DNA of 28,250 nt from Verrucomicrobiota bacterium (GTDB lineage Bacteria > Verrucomicrobiota > Verrucomicrobiia > Limisphaerales > CANJXF01): positions 1 through 28,250 of the forward strand of contig JBBQRQ010000065.1 of NCBI GenBank assembly GCA_038214755.1, written 5' to 3'. The translations under genes and the position numbers were made by a program. Positions 6,572 through 16,833 of this stretch are shown one piece after another; position 1 is the first letter of the stretch; each line of letters starts with the position of its first letter. The notes beneath the pieces are model-generated. The model ran no database searches and had not been told where the DNA came from. It saw only the letters and a list, made by a program, of their open reading frames with translations.

Positions 6572-8704
6572 ATGGCAGAAAAAGTTATCGCCCAATTAGG
6601 GGCTACGCAGATCCACATCGAAACAGGCAAACTCGCCAAACAAGCCGACGGCGCTGTGACCGTTCAACTCGGCGAAACCATCGTCATGGTCGCGGCCGTC
6701 GCTGCGACCAAGGCAAAAGCGGGGCAGGATTTTTTTCCGCTTACCGTTGATTATCGCGAGAAAGCGGCGGCCGCTGGAAAATTTCCCGGTGGCTATTTCA
6801 AACGCGAAGGCCGTCCGACGGAGAAAGAAATTCTCACCAGCCGATTGACCGATCGTCCGATTCGCCCGCTCTTTCCGAAGGGTTGGTACAACGAAGTCCA
6901 GGTGCAAAGTATTTTGCTCAGCGCGGATGGCGAAAACGATCCTGACATTTTAAGCATTGTCGGCGCATCCGCTGCGTTGATGGTCAGCGATATTCCGTGG
7001 GATGGGCCGTTGGGCGCAGTGCGAATCGGTCGCGTTGGCGGAGAATTTATTGCCAACCCCACTCACGCGCAAATCGCGGAGAGCGACGTGGATATTATTT
7101 ACGTCGGGAACAGTTCGGACATCGTCATGTTTGAAGGTTCGGCCAAAGAAATTCCCGAAGCGGATTTTAATGCCGCTCTGAAATTTGGCCACGAAGCCTG
7201 TCAGCCCCTCATCGCCGCGCAAAATGAATTGGCCAAACGCGTTGGAAAAAAGAAACGCGAAATCACGTTGAACATCGTGCCCGAAGATATTTTGCACGAA
7301 GCCAAAGCGCTGGCCGGCGACCGCATGGTTCCCGCGTTGCTGACGACGGCAAAACTCGAACGCGAAAGTAAAGTGAAAGCCATCGCAGATGACGTCGGCG
7401 CGAAACTCGTCGAAAAATTCGGCGCGGAAAAAGTAACCGAGTTCGTTCTCAAAGACGCGTTTTACTACATTCAAAAGGAAGCAGTGCGCGGATTGGTTTT
7501 GAATCACGGCAAGCGTTTGGATGGCCGCAGCTTCGATCAAGTGCGCCCGATTTCGTGTGAAGTGGGAATTCTTCCGCGCGCCCACGGCTCCGCCTTGTTT
7601 GCTCGCGGAGAAACGCAAACGGTTTCGCTCGTCACGCTCGGCACGAACGAAGATGCGCAGGAATTCGATTCCTACACCGGCGGGGTGACGGAGAAAAAAT
7701 TTATTCTCCATTACAATTTTCCAAATTATTCGGTGGGCGAAACCGGACGAATCAGCGGGCCGGGCCGGCGGGAGATCGGCCACGGCGCGTTGGCGGAACG
7801 TTCGGTCGCGCAAATGTTGCCGCTCGAAAGTTATCCGTATGCGATTCGTGTCACGAGTGAAATTATGGAATCCAACGGTTCGACGTCGATGGCTTCGGTC
7901 TGCGGGGCGACGTTGGCTTTGATGGACGCGGGTGTGCCGATCAAGCGGCCCGTTGCTGGAATCAGCATTGGGATTTGCACGGAGTCCGATGACAACGACA
8001 AAATTTCCCGCTACCAATTGTTGACGGACATCATTGGCTGGGAAGATGCGTTCTGCGATATGGATTGCAAAATTGCGGGAACAGCCCAGGGCGTGACGGG
8101 CTTTCAACTCGACCTCAAACTCAAGGGCATTTCGCATCAACTCATGGCCGATACGGTGGAAAAAGCGCGCATCGCGCGCATGCATATTCTTGAGGAGATG
8201 GCGAAAGTGATCGCCGAGCCGCGCAAGGAGATGAGCAAATACGCCCCGCGGATTGTGCAGATCAAAATTAATCCGGAAAAAATTGGCGCACTCATTGGAC
8301 CGGGCGGAAAAAATATCAAACGCATCGTCGAAGAATCCGGTTGCGAAATTAATATCGACGATGACGGAACGGTGAACGTTTATTCCGTTTCCGCCGAAGG
8401 AATGAAGATCGCCCGCAACGCGATTGAAGGCATGACGGCCGAGGCGGAGATCGGGAAAATCTATCGCGGGAAAGTGGTGACGGTGAAAGATTTCGGCGCG
8501 TTCGTCGAATTTCTTCCCGGCAAAGACGGGCTTTGCCATATCAGCGAGCTGGCAAATTTCCGAGTGAAACAAACCGAAGACATTGTAAAAATCGGCGATG
8601 AAATTTGGGTCAAATGCCTCGGCGTCGATGACAAGGGCCGCGTGAAACTTTCGCGCCGGGCCGCGATGGAAGATCGCGACAAAGAGATGGCGGAGAAAAC
8701 GTAA
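6572..8704 (+). CDS. pnp: Polyribonucleotide nucleotidyltransferase
   Basis: [40 protein letters not shown] and S1 domains; start placed at MAEKV. Confidence 0.98.
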   Translation: MAEKVIAQLGATQIHIETGKLAKQADGAVTVQLGETIVMVAAVAATKAKAGQDFFPLTVDYREKAAAAGKFPGGYFKREGRPTEKEILTSRLTDRPIRPLFPKGWYNEVQVQSILLSADGENDPDILSIVGASAALMVSDIPWDGPLGAVRIGRVGGEFIANPTHAQIAESDVDIIYVGNSSDIVMFEGSAKEIPEADFNAALKFGHEACQPLIAAQNELAKRVGKKKREITLNIVPEDILHEAKALAGDRMVPALLTTAKLERESKVKAIADDVGAKLVEKFGAEKVTEFVLKDAFYYIQKEAVRGLVLNHGKRLDGRSFDQVRPISCEVGILPRAHGSALFARGETQTVSLVTLGTNEDAQEFDSYTGGVTEKKFILHYNFPNYSVGETGRISGPGRREIGHGALAERSVAQMLPLESYPYAIRVTSEIMESNGSTSMASVCGATLALMDAGVPIKRPVAGISIGICTESDDNDKISRYQLLTDIIGWEDAFCDMDCKIAGTAQGVTGFQLDLKLKGISHQLMADTVEKARIARMHILEEMAKVIAEPRKEMSKYAPRIVQIKINPEKIGALIGPGGKNIKRIVEESGCEINIDDDGTVNVYSVSAEGMKIARNAIEGMTAEAEIGKIYRGKVVTVKDFGAFVEFLPGKDGLCHISELANFRVKQTEDIVKIGDEIWVKCLGVDDKGRVKLSRRAAMEDRDKEMAEKT

Positions 8705-8734
8705 ACGGTTTTTTAAAGCTGAAAAGTTTTACGC

Positions 8735-8768
8735 AAACGAGCCGATTTTTCCGGCTCGTTTTTGTTTT
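8735..8768 (+). terminator. Intrinsic terminator after pnp
   Basis: AAACGAGCCG-loop-CGGCTCGTTT followed by T-rich run. Confidence 0.8.
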
Positions 8769-8810
8769 GCGCAGATTTATCAGAACTGGTTTTACAAGTC
8801 CGGTGACATC

Positions 8811-8880
8811 GTAGCCGCCGACGTGAGGAGGCGGATTTCGACTGAAAGACCCGAATCCGCCTCCTCACCTCGGCGGCTAC
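8811..8880. repeat. GTAG-type REP doublet
   Basis: GTAGCCGCCGACGTGAGGAGGCGGATT / AATCCGCCTCCTCACCTCGGCGGCTAC. Confidence 0.9.
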
Positions 8881-8883
8881 GAC

Positions 8884-9900
8884 TTAACGTTCTTGTTCCA
8901 TCCTCGCTGAATATTTTCCATCTCGCGCCGCGCTGTTTAATTTCGCTCGGTGCAGCAGCGCCGCTTGCGCCGAATTTTTATTTTGCGGTTCACCTTTCCA
9001 CGCGTTGAGAGCGGGGGATTGCAACGCGCGTCCAAAAGAAAAACTGAGTTCCCACGGCGCGCGGCCCATCTCATTCATCGAGTTCAGATGCGCCGTGGCA
9101 AGTTCATCGCTTTGCCCGCCGGAAAGAAAAACAATTCCCGGCACAGCCGCTGGAACCGTTTCGCGCAAGCAACGCAGCGTCGCTTCGCCCACCTCACGCA
9201 CCGACGCTTGTGTCGGAGATTCTTTTCCAGAAATGACCATGCTCGGCTTGAGCAAAATTTCTTCGAGTCGAACCTTATGCGCAAACAACGCATCGAAAAC
9301 CAAATTGAATGTTTCCACCGTTACTTCGAAACACCGTTCAATGGTGTGCCCGCCATCCATCAATACTTCCGGTTCAACGATTGGCAGCAGTCCCGCCTCC
9401 TGCGCCAGGGCGGCGTAACGCGCCAGCGCATGTGCGTTGGCTTCCAGACAAAAGTTCGTCGGCGTCTTTTCTCCAATGGAAATTACCGCGCGCCACTTGG
9501 CGAACCTCGCGCCGAGCTTGGCGTATTCGGCAAAACGTTCGCGCAATCCATCCAGACCTTCTGTGACCTTCTCACCCGGAAAATTCGCCAGCGCCTTCGT
9601 GCCTTTGTCCACTTTGATTCCGGGAATGATTCCCGCCTCGGACAACATTTGAGGGAAGGGAATCCCATCGCTGTTTTTTTGGCGCAACGTCTCGTCAAAC
9701 AAAATCACGCCGCTGATGTATTGCGACAAACCGGGCGCGGAAAAAAGCAACTCGCGATAATTGCGCCGCGCTTCTTCCGTGGATGCGAGTTGAATCGTTT
9801 TGAAACGTTTCTCGATGGTCGGGTTGCTTTCGTCGGCGGCGAGGATGCCTTTGGCCGGAGCGACGAGTTGCCTGGCGACAATCTCAAGACTCTGGTTCAT
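8884..9900 (-). CDS. Fructose-bisphosphate aldolase class I
   Basis: KGILAADES, GIKVDKG, FAKWRAV, PIVEPEVL, LLKPSMV, FLSGGQ motifs. Confidence 0.96.
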   Translation of the reverse strand: MNQSLEIVARQLVAPAKGILAADESNPTIEKRFKTIQLASTEEARRNYRELLFSAPGLSQYISGVILFDETLRQKNSDGIPFPQMLSEAGIIPGIKVDKGTKALANFPGEKVTEGLDGLRERFAEYAKLGARFAKWRAVISIGEKTPTNFCLEANAHALARYAALAQEAGLLPIVEPEVLMDGGHTIERCFEVTVETFNLVFDALFAHKVRLEEILLKPSMVISGKESPTQASVREVGEATLRCLRETVPAAVPGIVFLSGGQSDELATAHLNSMNEMGRAPWELSFSFGRALQSPALNAWKGEPQNKNSAQAALLHRAKLNSAARDGKYSARMEQER

Positions 9901-9913
9901 GGAAGATTGAAAT

Positions 9914-10183
9914 TCATTTCCCTCGTCTGTTCAGTCCTGCGTTGATTCCCAGTTTGATGACATCAGGCCATGGCAGAATAAAATATTTTCCGGTCGCTCG
10001 ACTTTTAATAATTGGGCTGCGCGTAATTTTGCCGAGGAAGAAATCGTATTCGTTGCCCTCTTTATCTCGTTCTTCAAAAATGAATTCAATTTCCTGTTCC
10101 AAAAGTTTGTCTGACTCCATCACTCGTCCGTAACTATTTGCGGCCGATGTTTCGCCCGCCGGTTTCTGTGAGTTCGTTTTCAT
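9914..10183 (-). CDS. Small hypothetical protein (89 aa)
   Basis: ATG ORF filling the gap, 13 nt upstream of the aldolase start. Confidence 0.65.
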   Translation of the reverse strand: MKTNSQKPAGETSAANSYGRVMESDKLLEQEIEFIFEERDKEGNEYDFFLGKITRSPIIKSRATGKYFILPWPDVIKLGINAGLNRRGK

Positions 10184-10290
10184 AATATCTTTATTCAGCG
10201 GCTCTCGGAGAGTCGCAAGAAAAAACTTGCCGGGATTAAACTGAGGGACAAACTTCGTCGCGCACTCTAACTTCAGGCAGGAATTTTGTT

Positions 10291-11274
10291 ATGGGAAAAA
10301 TTTACAACAACATCGTTGAGACGGTTGGCCGAACCCCGCTGGTCAAATTAAACAAAGTCACCGCTGGCCTCGAGGCCACCATTTTGTTGAAGTGCGAGTT
10401 TTTCAATCCGTTGGGCAGTGTGAAGGACCGCATCGGTATGGCGATGATCGAAGAAGCCGAACGCAAGGGACGCCTGAAAAAAGACACAGTCATCGTCGAG
10501 CCGACGAGCGGGAACACGGGAATCGCGCTCGCCTTCGTGGCGGCGGCCAAAGGTTACAAATTAATTCTGACGATGCCGGAAACAATGTCGCTGGAGCGGC
10601 GGACTTTGCTCGCGATGCTTGGCGCGAAGTTGGTGTTGACTCCGGGCGCGGAAGGAATGAAGGGAGCGATCGCGCGCGCGGAACAGATCGCGAAGGAGAC
10701 TCCCAATTCGTGGATTCCGCAGCAGTTTGAAAATCCCGCCAATCCAGAAATTCACAAGAAAACCACTGCCGAAGAGATCTGGGCCGACACCGATGGGAAG
10801 GTGGACATTTTGGTTTCAGCGGTTGGGACGGGCGGGACGATCACCGGCTGCGTCGAAGTGATCAAACCGCGCAAAGCTTCGTTCAAAGCGATCGCAGTGG
10901 AGCCAAAAGATTCACCCGTCATTTCGCAAACCTTGGCGGGTCAGCCGATCAAACCAGGACCGCATAAAATCCAGGGAACAGGCGCGGGCTTCGTGCCGAA
11001 AAATCTTCACCTCAAAGACAGCCAGGGAAATTTGCAGATCACCGAATGCGTTCAAGTGAGCAACGATGATTCCTTCGCGATGGCGCGGCGACTCGCGAAA
11101 GAGGAAGGGTTGCTGGTCGGAATTTCCACCGGGGCGAATGTCGTCGCGGCGATTGAAATAGCGAAGCGTCCCGAAAACAGAGGCAAGATGATCGTCACGT
11201 TTGCCTGCTCGACGGGCGAACGTTATCTCAGCACGCCGCTGGCTGCGGAGGCCAAGGCGGAAGTCGGCGGCTAA
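10291..11274 (+). CDS. cysK: Cysteine synthase A
   Basis: [14 protein letters not shown] lysine, [25 protein letters not shown]. Confidence 0.97.
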   Translation: MGKIYNNIVETVGRTPLVKLNKVTAGLEATILLKCEFFNPLGSVKDRIGMAMIEEAERKGRLKKDTVIVEPTSGNTGIALAFVAAAKGYKLILTMPETMSLERRTLLAMLGAKLVLTPGAEGMKGAIARAEQIAKETPNSWIPQQFENPANPEIHKKTTAEEIWADTDGKVDILVSAVGTGGTITGCVEVIKPRKASFKAIAVEPKDSPVISQTLAGQPIKPGPHKIQGTGAGFVPKNLHLKDSQGNLQITECVQVSNDDSFAMARRLAKEEGLLVGISTGANVVAAIEIAKRPENRGKMIVTFACSTGERYLSTPLAAEAKAEVGG

Positions 11275-11316
11275 GATATTTTTTGAGAAGCGGTCTTTGC
11301 AGTCCTCGCTCCAAAT

Positions 11317-11345
11317 AAAAAAAAGGCCGGTGAAAACACCGGCCT
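11317..11345 (-). terminator. Intrinsic terminator between convergent cysK and the surface-protein gene
   Basis: AGGCCGGTG-AAAA-CACCGGCCT, with an A run that gives a U tail on the minus strand. Confidence 0.8.
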
Positions 11346-11369
11346 CCTCTCGAAAAAAATCCACTTCGA

Positions 11370-14300
11370 TTACGGATTCTTTACCCGATAGAAACGTATC
11401 GGCTGTCCACTCGGCGCGGAGGGATCCGCAAAAGTTCCCACGCCGGCGCCATCCGTTGTGACCGTCATGAGGAACTGCCAGTTCGTCGGCGTGGCGAGAA
11501 CGTTGGCGTATTGAATTGTGTAACTCGTGTTGGGCGAGCCTTGGAAGGTGCCGTGGCCTGCGGAGGTAGTCACGAAGTTGGTGGGTTGCTGCGCGGCGGC
11601 GGCCGCGGTGAAGATCAACAACACATCTGTCGCATTGGTGGTGATGCTCAATGAGCCAGCGCCAAGGTCATTGGCAAAACCGTTCGTGTTCAACGCAAAC
11701 GCGTTCGTGTCAAATCCGGTGATGCCGCCAATGGCTTGCGCAATCGTCCAAGTGCGACTCACCGTGTTGGTGAAGTCGGAAACTTCGCCCGCAACTCCCG
11801 CCAGAGTCAACGAAGTCAAATCAATGTTGAACTTGCTGCCCGAAGTAGCGGTGATAGTGAGAGGTCCCGTAATGCTCAATTTGTCCCAGCCTGGATTGGC
11901 GCCAGAGGTTCCCGCTGCGGAATTTATTTCCCAGATGTAATGTCCGCCGCCTCCCCATGTCTCGGTGCCAGTCGCAAGGGTTCCGACTCCGTTGCCCGGC
12001 GCCACTGTTCCATCCACCGCGACGCTGCCGGAAAGATTTCCCGCGCCGGTCAAAGTGCCGATGGCCGTAACGGCGACGGCGCCGGGACCCGTTCCGCTGC
12101 CGGAAATATTGTTGATGCGTAATGCTCCCTCAGAAACTGTTGTCCCACCGGCGTAGCTGTTGGCTCCGGTCAAATCGAGGGTTCCAGTTCCGGCCTTCAT
12201 AATTCCACCGGGGCCGCTCATAATTCCGGAGAACTTCGTCGTAGCGGTTGAAGAAACCGTGATTGTTTTTATGCCTGCGGAAATTGTCACCGGACCGGAA
12301 AACTCCAGCCCAAGTGTGCCGGACAAGGTGAAGTCCTGATTGATGGTGATCGGGTTCGTGACAGCGTTAACTCCAGTCAAATCGATTGAGGCACCGATGT
12401 TGATATTGGTCGTCCCCGGAGCGGTCACGGGGTCGCCGACTGTGAATGTCCCCGTGCCCAGCGCGTTTTTGTGCCCAATCGCGAGGGTGCGCGCATCGAT
12501 TTTTACACCGCCGGAATAAGTATTGTTGCCGGACAGAGTGGGGACGCCCGAGGCGGTGGTGTTCCTCAAAAATCCGCCAGGCCCAGAAACAAAACCGCTC
12601 AACTCGAAAAAGGAGCCGCTGACCGGAGTCAAGAGCGCCGCAGTGTTCACCACGACATTATTGGTCACTTGGACACTTCCCAAATTAGAACCGATCTGAC
12701 CCTCACCGCTGATGGTGATGGTGCCGGTTCCAGTTGAGCGGGTAATGGGTCCAGCAAAGCCGACGTTGGTTCGGAAATAAATTGGCCCTTGCGTGATCAA
12801 AATTCCGCCGCTGAAGGTATTTACACCAGCGAGCACGTGGGAAATTGTGCCAGTCTTGATCAGCCCGCCCGTTCCGCTGATCGTCCCATCGAACTGCTTG
12901 CTGCCGCTATTGGTGCCAATAGTCAGCGTGGCAGAGCCGAGATTGATCGCTCCAGTTCCGGAAACTCCCGCGATTCTTTCATTGAGATTATTCAAATCCA
13001 ACGTGCCGTTGTTGATTAAATATTGCCCGTCGGGAATGACTTCAGCAGCACCAAGTTTTAATGTCCCGGCCGTGATCGTCGCAGCGCCAGCAAAATCATT
13101 CGCGCCCCCGAGCACGAGCGTTCCCGCACCGACCTTGTTGAAGCCGGCGGTGCCGGAAATTTTTGAATTAATCGTCGCCGTATCCAAAACATTCGAGACG
13201 GCGATATTCGTTCCGCCGACCGATAGCGTGAGCGGGCCGCCTTGAATGGTATAACCGTTCGTATCGAATGCCATCAACGCCGTTACCGGCACTCCAGCGA
13301 CATCCACAATGACAATCCCAGGTGTGCCCCCAAAAATGATTGGAACACCAGGTGAATAGGCCTGCACACTTCCAGCGCCGTCATTAATCAAATTCCAATT
13401 TGCGGTCGATAGGTCCCAGGTTCCCGAACCGCCAAGCCCAATAGCGCTTCCGTTGGTGTCCCAGTATTGAAAGCCGGTTTGCACGCCTGCCGACTGCACA
13501 TTCACCGTGCCGGTGCCAGCAAAATGAATGTCATCGACATGCGTTGCGCCGGACCCGGACGCGCCCCATGTGCCTGTCGCCTGGCTGGTCACGCCGCCAT
13601 CGAAAGATAGGGTACCCACGTTTGCCGAGCCAACGATGGAAAGGACACCCATGTTGATTTGGAGCGATCCGCTAACCGCAGTGGCCTGAGCAAGAGTGAC
13701 CGTGTTATTTCCCGCGCTGCCCGTGTTGGTAATAATCAACCCGCCAACACTACTCGGAAGAGCATTACCTGCGTCTTGATTCGCCGCGCCGTTATAAACA
13801 TAAATACCACCGGAGCTATAGTTGCGAGTCGTCGTCTGAATCGGTCCGAGCGTGCTCGACAGCGTGATGCCGTCCGGCGAGGCAATACCCAGAGTTCCCC
13901 CCGCGCTAAGCGTAAAGATGCCAGTGCCAGAAACGACCACGCCGCTGGAAACGTTCAGCTTGCCTTTGCTGGGCACCACCAATAATCCGGAATCGTTCAG
14001 GTTGACGTTCAGCGTCACACCGAACTGATTAACCGCGCTGACAATAGAGACACTATTGTTGATGGAAATCGTTCCCGGCCCGTTAATAAGTTGTGGCGCG
14101 CTTCCAGCGAGATTGATCGTTCCCGGCTGCGTTACAGCCGCAAAATTCAGTGTCGCTCCACTGACCGCGCTAATGTTCCCATTGATTCGGTGATTGCTCG
14201 TCGCGTTGTTGGTCATGGTAATGTTCAAGGTTCCTTGAGACACCGTCAGGTTGTCGATGGAGACGGAGAACTGCCCGTTTGGAGATTTGGCCGTCGCGGT

Positions 14301-15041
14301 ATTGTGCTCATAATTTGCATAGGTTCGGCCCGACCATGAGGGAGTGCTTGTGCTCTGGTCGCTGAACAGGCTTCCTGTTTGAAAAACCACGAGCGAACTG
14401 GGCTGGCTTAAACTGAAAGGGGCAGAGCCGGCCTGCCAAACCATGGTTGAACCACTGGCGAACACGATGCCGTTTGCCGTGCCAGACGTGCTCGGCCCAT
14501 TCACAAAGATAACTCCCGTGCAACTTTGCGTCAGCACTGAGCCGCTATTGAATATCACGTTAGTAGCGGCCCCTGCGCAGAGTTTATTCGTGCCGCCGGA
14601 AAAAAGCATCGCTCCACTAATGCTTGCTTTGGCGCCTGCGAGATTGGTGAGGACCAATGCATTAGCGGTGCCGCCCGTTAAATTCAATTGGCTGCCGACG
14701 TCAACCGTCAACGCATCCGCTGCCACTGTTGAAATTGCCAGCGGGTTGGCGACCGCTCCTGATTGCAAATTGACAATGGTGTTCGCTGAGACTTGCAGCT
14801 TGCCGATGGTTTGGGCAGGAACATTTATTACGGTCGTGTTGGCTGCGTTGTTGAACAAGAGGATGTCATTGGTCGCTGGAGCGGAACGAGGTGGGGTCCA
14901 GTTGCCGGCGAGCGTCCAGTCCGCCGTGCCGCTCGCGTTCCAAGTGTAAGTGTTCTGCGCGTGGGCAGCGCCTGCGAATAACGCCAGCGCTGAGAAAATC
15001 GCGGCCAGTGATTTAACAGATCGGGAAAGAATAGGCTTCAT
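11370..15041 (-). CDS. Secreted autotransporter-associated beta-strand repeat protein (1223 aa)
   Basis: Signal peptide ending AAHA; repeated KxGxGTLxLxGxNxYxGxTxIxxGTL units; C-terminal TNW...FADP...RFYRV module; no obvious beta-barrel. Confidence 0.9.
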   Translation of the reverse strand: MKPILSRSVKSLAAIFSALALFAGAAHAQNTYTWNASGTADWTLAGNWTPPRSAPATNDILLFNNAANTTVINVPAQTIGKLQVSANTIVNLQSGAVANPLAISTVAADALTVDVGSQLNLTGGTANALVLTNLAGAKASISGAMLFSGGTNKLCAGAATNVIFNSGSVLTQSCTGVIFVNGPSTSGTANGIVFASGSTMVWQAGSAPFSLSQPSSLVVFQTGSLFSDQSTSTPSWSGRTYANYEHNTATAKSPNGQFSVSIDNLTVSQGTLNITMTNNATSNHRINGNISAVSGATLNFAAVTQPGTINLAGSAPQLINGPGTISINNSVSIVSAVNQFGVTLNVNLNDSGLLVVPSKGKLNVSSGVVVSGTGIFTLSAGGTLGIASPDGITLSSTLGPIQTTTRNYSSGGIYVYNGAANQDAGNALPSSVGGLIITNTGSAGNNTVTLAQATAVSGSLQINMGVLSIVGSANVGTLSFDGGVTSQATGTWGASGSGATHVDDIHFAGTGTVNVQSAGVQTGFQYWDTNGSAIGLGGSGTWDLSTANWNLINDGAGSVQAYSPGVPIIFGGTPGIVIVDVAGVPVTALMAFDTNGYTIQGGPLTLSVGGTNIAVSNVLDTATINSKISGTAGFNKVGAGTLVLGGANDFAGAATITAGTLKLGAAEVIPDGQYLINNGTLDLNNLNERIAGVSGTGAINLGSATLTIGTNSGSKQFDGTISGTGGLIKTGTISHVLAGVNTFSGGILITQGPIYFRTNVGFAGPITRSTGTGTITISGEGQIGSNLGSVQVTNNVVVNTAALLTPVSGSFFELSGFVSGPGGFLRNTTASGVPTLSGNNTYSGGVKIDARTLAIGHKNALGTGTFTVGDPVTAPGTTNINIGASIDLTGVNAVTNPITINQDFTLSGTLGLEFSGPVTISAGIKTITVSSTATTKFSGIMSGPGGIMKAGTGTLDLTGANSYAGGTTVSEGALRINNISGSGTGPGAVAVTAIGTLTGAGNLSGSVAVDGTVAPGNGVGTLATGTETWGGGGHYIWEINSAAGTSGANPGWDKLSITGPLTITATSGSKFNIDLTSLTLAGVAGEVSDFTNTVSRTWTIAQAIGGITGFDTNAFALNTNGFANDLGAGSLSITTNATDVLLIFTAAAAAQQPTNFVTTSAGHGTFQGSPNTSYTIQYANVLATPTNWQFLMTVTTDGAGVGTFADPSAPSGQPIRFYRVKNP

Positions 15042-15443
15042 ATAAATATAGGTGTTGGTTTTTATGACTGTGTTGGCAAGTGAATGACTTTGCCACAGAA
15101 GTGCTCACTGACAAGGAGGAATTGTGTCGAAGGCGCGCAGCACAGATTTGCAGACGCAGGCCACATTGGAAGTCAGACGCTAACACGAATTCCTTCGTTA
15201 AAAACGTTTGAGAAGCGTGTTCGGACGCGTCCCGGACAATCCTTCCAGCAGAGGGGAATAAAAAAATAAAAGGGTTGCGCCAAGGGTTGTTTGCCTCTAT
15301 TAATAACCCCATCGAAGGTCAGACCACTGCAAGTAGTAGATAACAATTGGCATTCTCCGTTGCAGAGGTGTTCCCCAATTCAAATTCTTAATTTCCAAGG
15401 GTTATCCTGGAAGCGGCTTTTCGATACGCACACACATACATAT

Positions 15444-16571
15444 ATGAGCACTGAGCCTAATGGCGCGCCGGATTTTGGTTCCGGCTATTTGGAAATCTCC
15501 GAAAAAGGTTTCGGTTTTCTTCGCACCAAGGAAAATCATTTCCACCCGAAGCCGAACGATATTTTCGTCACACCCGACACCATCAAAAAGAATTTTCTGC
15601 GCGAGGGTTGCAAGATCTCCGGGCAAACCCAGCCTCCGCACCGGGGAAATAGTCCGCAGTTGAAAACGGTTGAGTTAGTGAACGACAGTCCTTTCGAGGA
15701 ATACACCAAGGCCGTCCGGTTTGAAAATCTGACGACCATTGATCCCATCGAAAAATACAATCTGGAAACTTCACCGGATTTGCTTGAAACGAGAATCATC
15801 GATCTGGTCACGCCGATTGGACGGGGGACGCGCGGCTTGATCGTCGCGCCGCCGCGCACGGGCAAAACCACCATTCTCAAACAAATCGCCAACGCCATCA
15901 CGACGAACCATCCCGATGTTTACGTTTTGGTTTTGTTGATTGACGAACGGCCGGAAGAGGTCACGGATTTTCAACGCTCGGTCAAAGCCGAAGTTGTCGC
16001 GTCATCGAACGATCAGGATTTGGAAACGCACGTCCGGCTTTCTCGTTTCACCATCGAACGCTGTCGGCGCATGGTCGAGAGCGGTAAGGACGTTTTTGTT
16101 TTGCTCGATTCCATCACTCGGGTGGCTCGCGCTTACAATAGCGTGCATGGCGGCAGCGGTCGCACCATGACCGGCGGTGTGGACGCGCGCGCGCTGGAAA
16201 TCCCGCGCAAGATGTTTGCCTCGGCGCGAAAAATCGAAGAAGGCGGTTCGTTGACCATCATTGCCACGGCACTGGTCGATACCGGTTCGCGCATGGACGA
16301 ATTGATTTTCCAGGAATTCAAAGGCACGGGAAACATGGAACTGATCCTCGACCGAAAACTTTCCGAGCGCCGCATCTTCCCGTCGATCGACATTCCGAAA
16401 AGCGGCACGCGCAAAGAGGAAAAATTGTTTCCGCCAAAAAACATGGAAGCCGTTCGCAAGTTGCGTCGCACCATGGTGGATTTGAATCCAGTAGAAGCGA
16501 TGGAGACGCTTCTCGCCGCGTTGAAAAAGCACAAGACCAACGAGGAGTTGTTGGCCAAGTTGCAGCAATAA
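15444..16571 (+). CDS. rho: Transcription termination factor Rho (short form, 375 aa)
   Basis: GYLEISEKGFGFLR, APPRTGKT, LIDERPEEVTD, LDSITR, FKGTGNMEL. Confidence 0.96.
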   Translation: MSTEPNGAPDFGSGYLEISEKGFGFLRTKENHFHPKPNDIFVTPDTIKKNFLREGCKISGQTQPPHRGNSPQLKTVELVNDSPFEEYTKAVRFENLTTIDPIEKYNLETSPDLLETRIIDLVTPIGRGTRGLIVAPPRTGKTTILKQIANAITTNHPDVYVLVLLIDERPEEVTDFQRSVKAEVVASSNDQDLETHVRLSRFTIERCRRMVESGKDVFVLLDSITRVARAYNSVHGGSGRTMTGGVDARALEIPRKMFASARKIEEGGSLTIIATALVDTGSRMDELIFQEFKGTGNMELILDRKLSERRIFPSIDIPKSGTRKEEKLFPPKNMEAVRKLRRTMVDLNPVEAMETLLAALKKHKTNEELLAKLQQ

Positions 16572-16585
16572 ATTTTGTAGCCCGT

Positions 16586-16616
16586 GTAGCGGCGCGTCTC
16601 TGACCGCCGCATTTTT
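16586..16616 (+). repeat. GTAG REP-like hairpin, possible terminator after rho
   Basis: GTAGCGGCGCGTCTCTGACCGCCGC followed by ATTTTTT. Confidence 0.55.
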
Positions 16617-16833
16617 TAAATGGCTTTGCAAAAAGGAAAACCCGAAGGCGGGCAGGGCGGCAAGCGTGGACACTCCAACATGACTCATTGGACTTCGACG
16701 GAGGAAATTAAAGCGGCTTCGAAAAAGCAGCGCAGAACCGATTCCAGAAAAATTGTTCAGGAACCAGAAGTTGGTTCGTCAGCGCGCGAAGATTAAAACG
16801 CAACAAGCAGGGCGCTCATTTTTAATTCCCCCT

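Noticed and set aside
6950..8572. 540-aa antisense ORF
   Set aside because: Shadow of pnp with no recognisable motifs.
8950..9945. 331-aa + strand ORF
   Set aside because: Antisense shadow of the aldolase.
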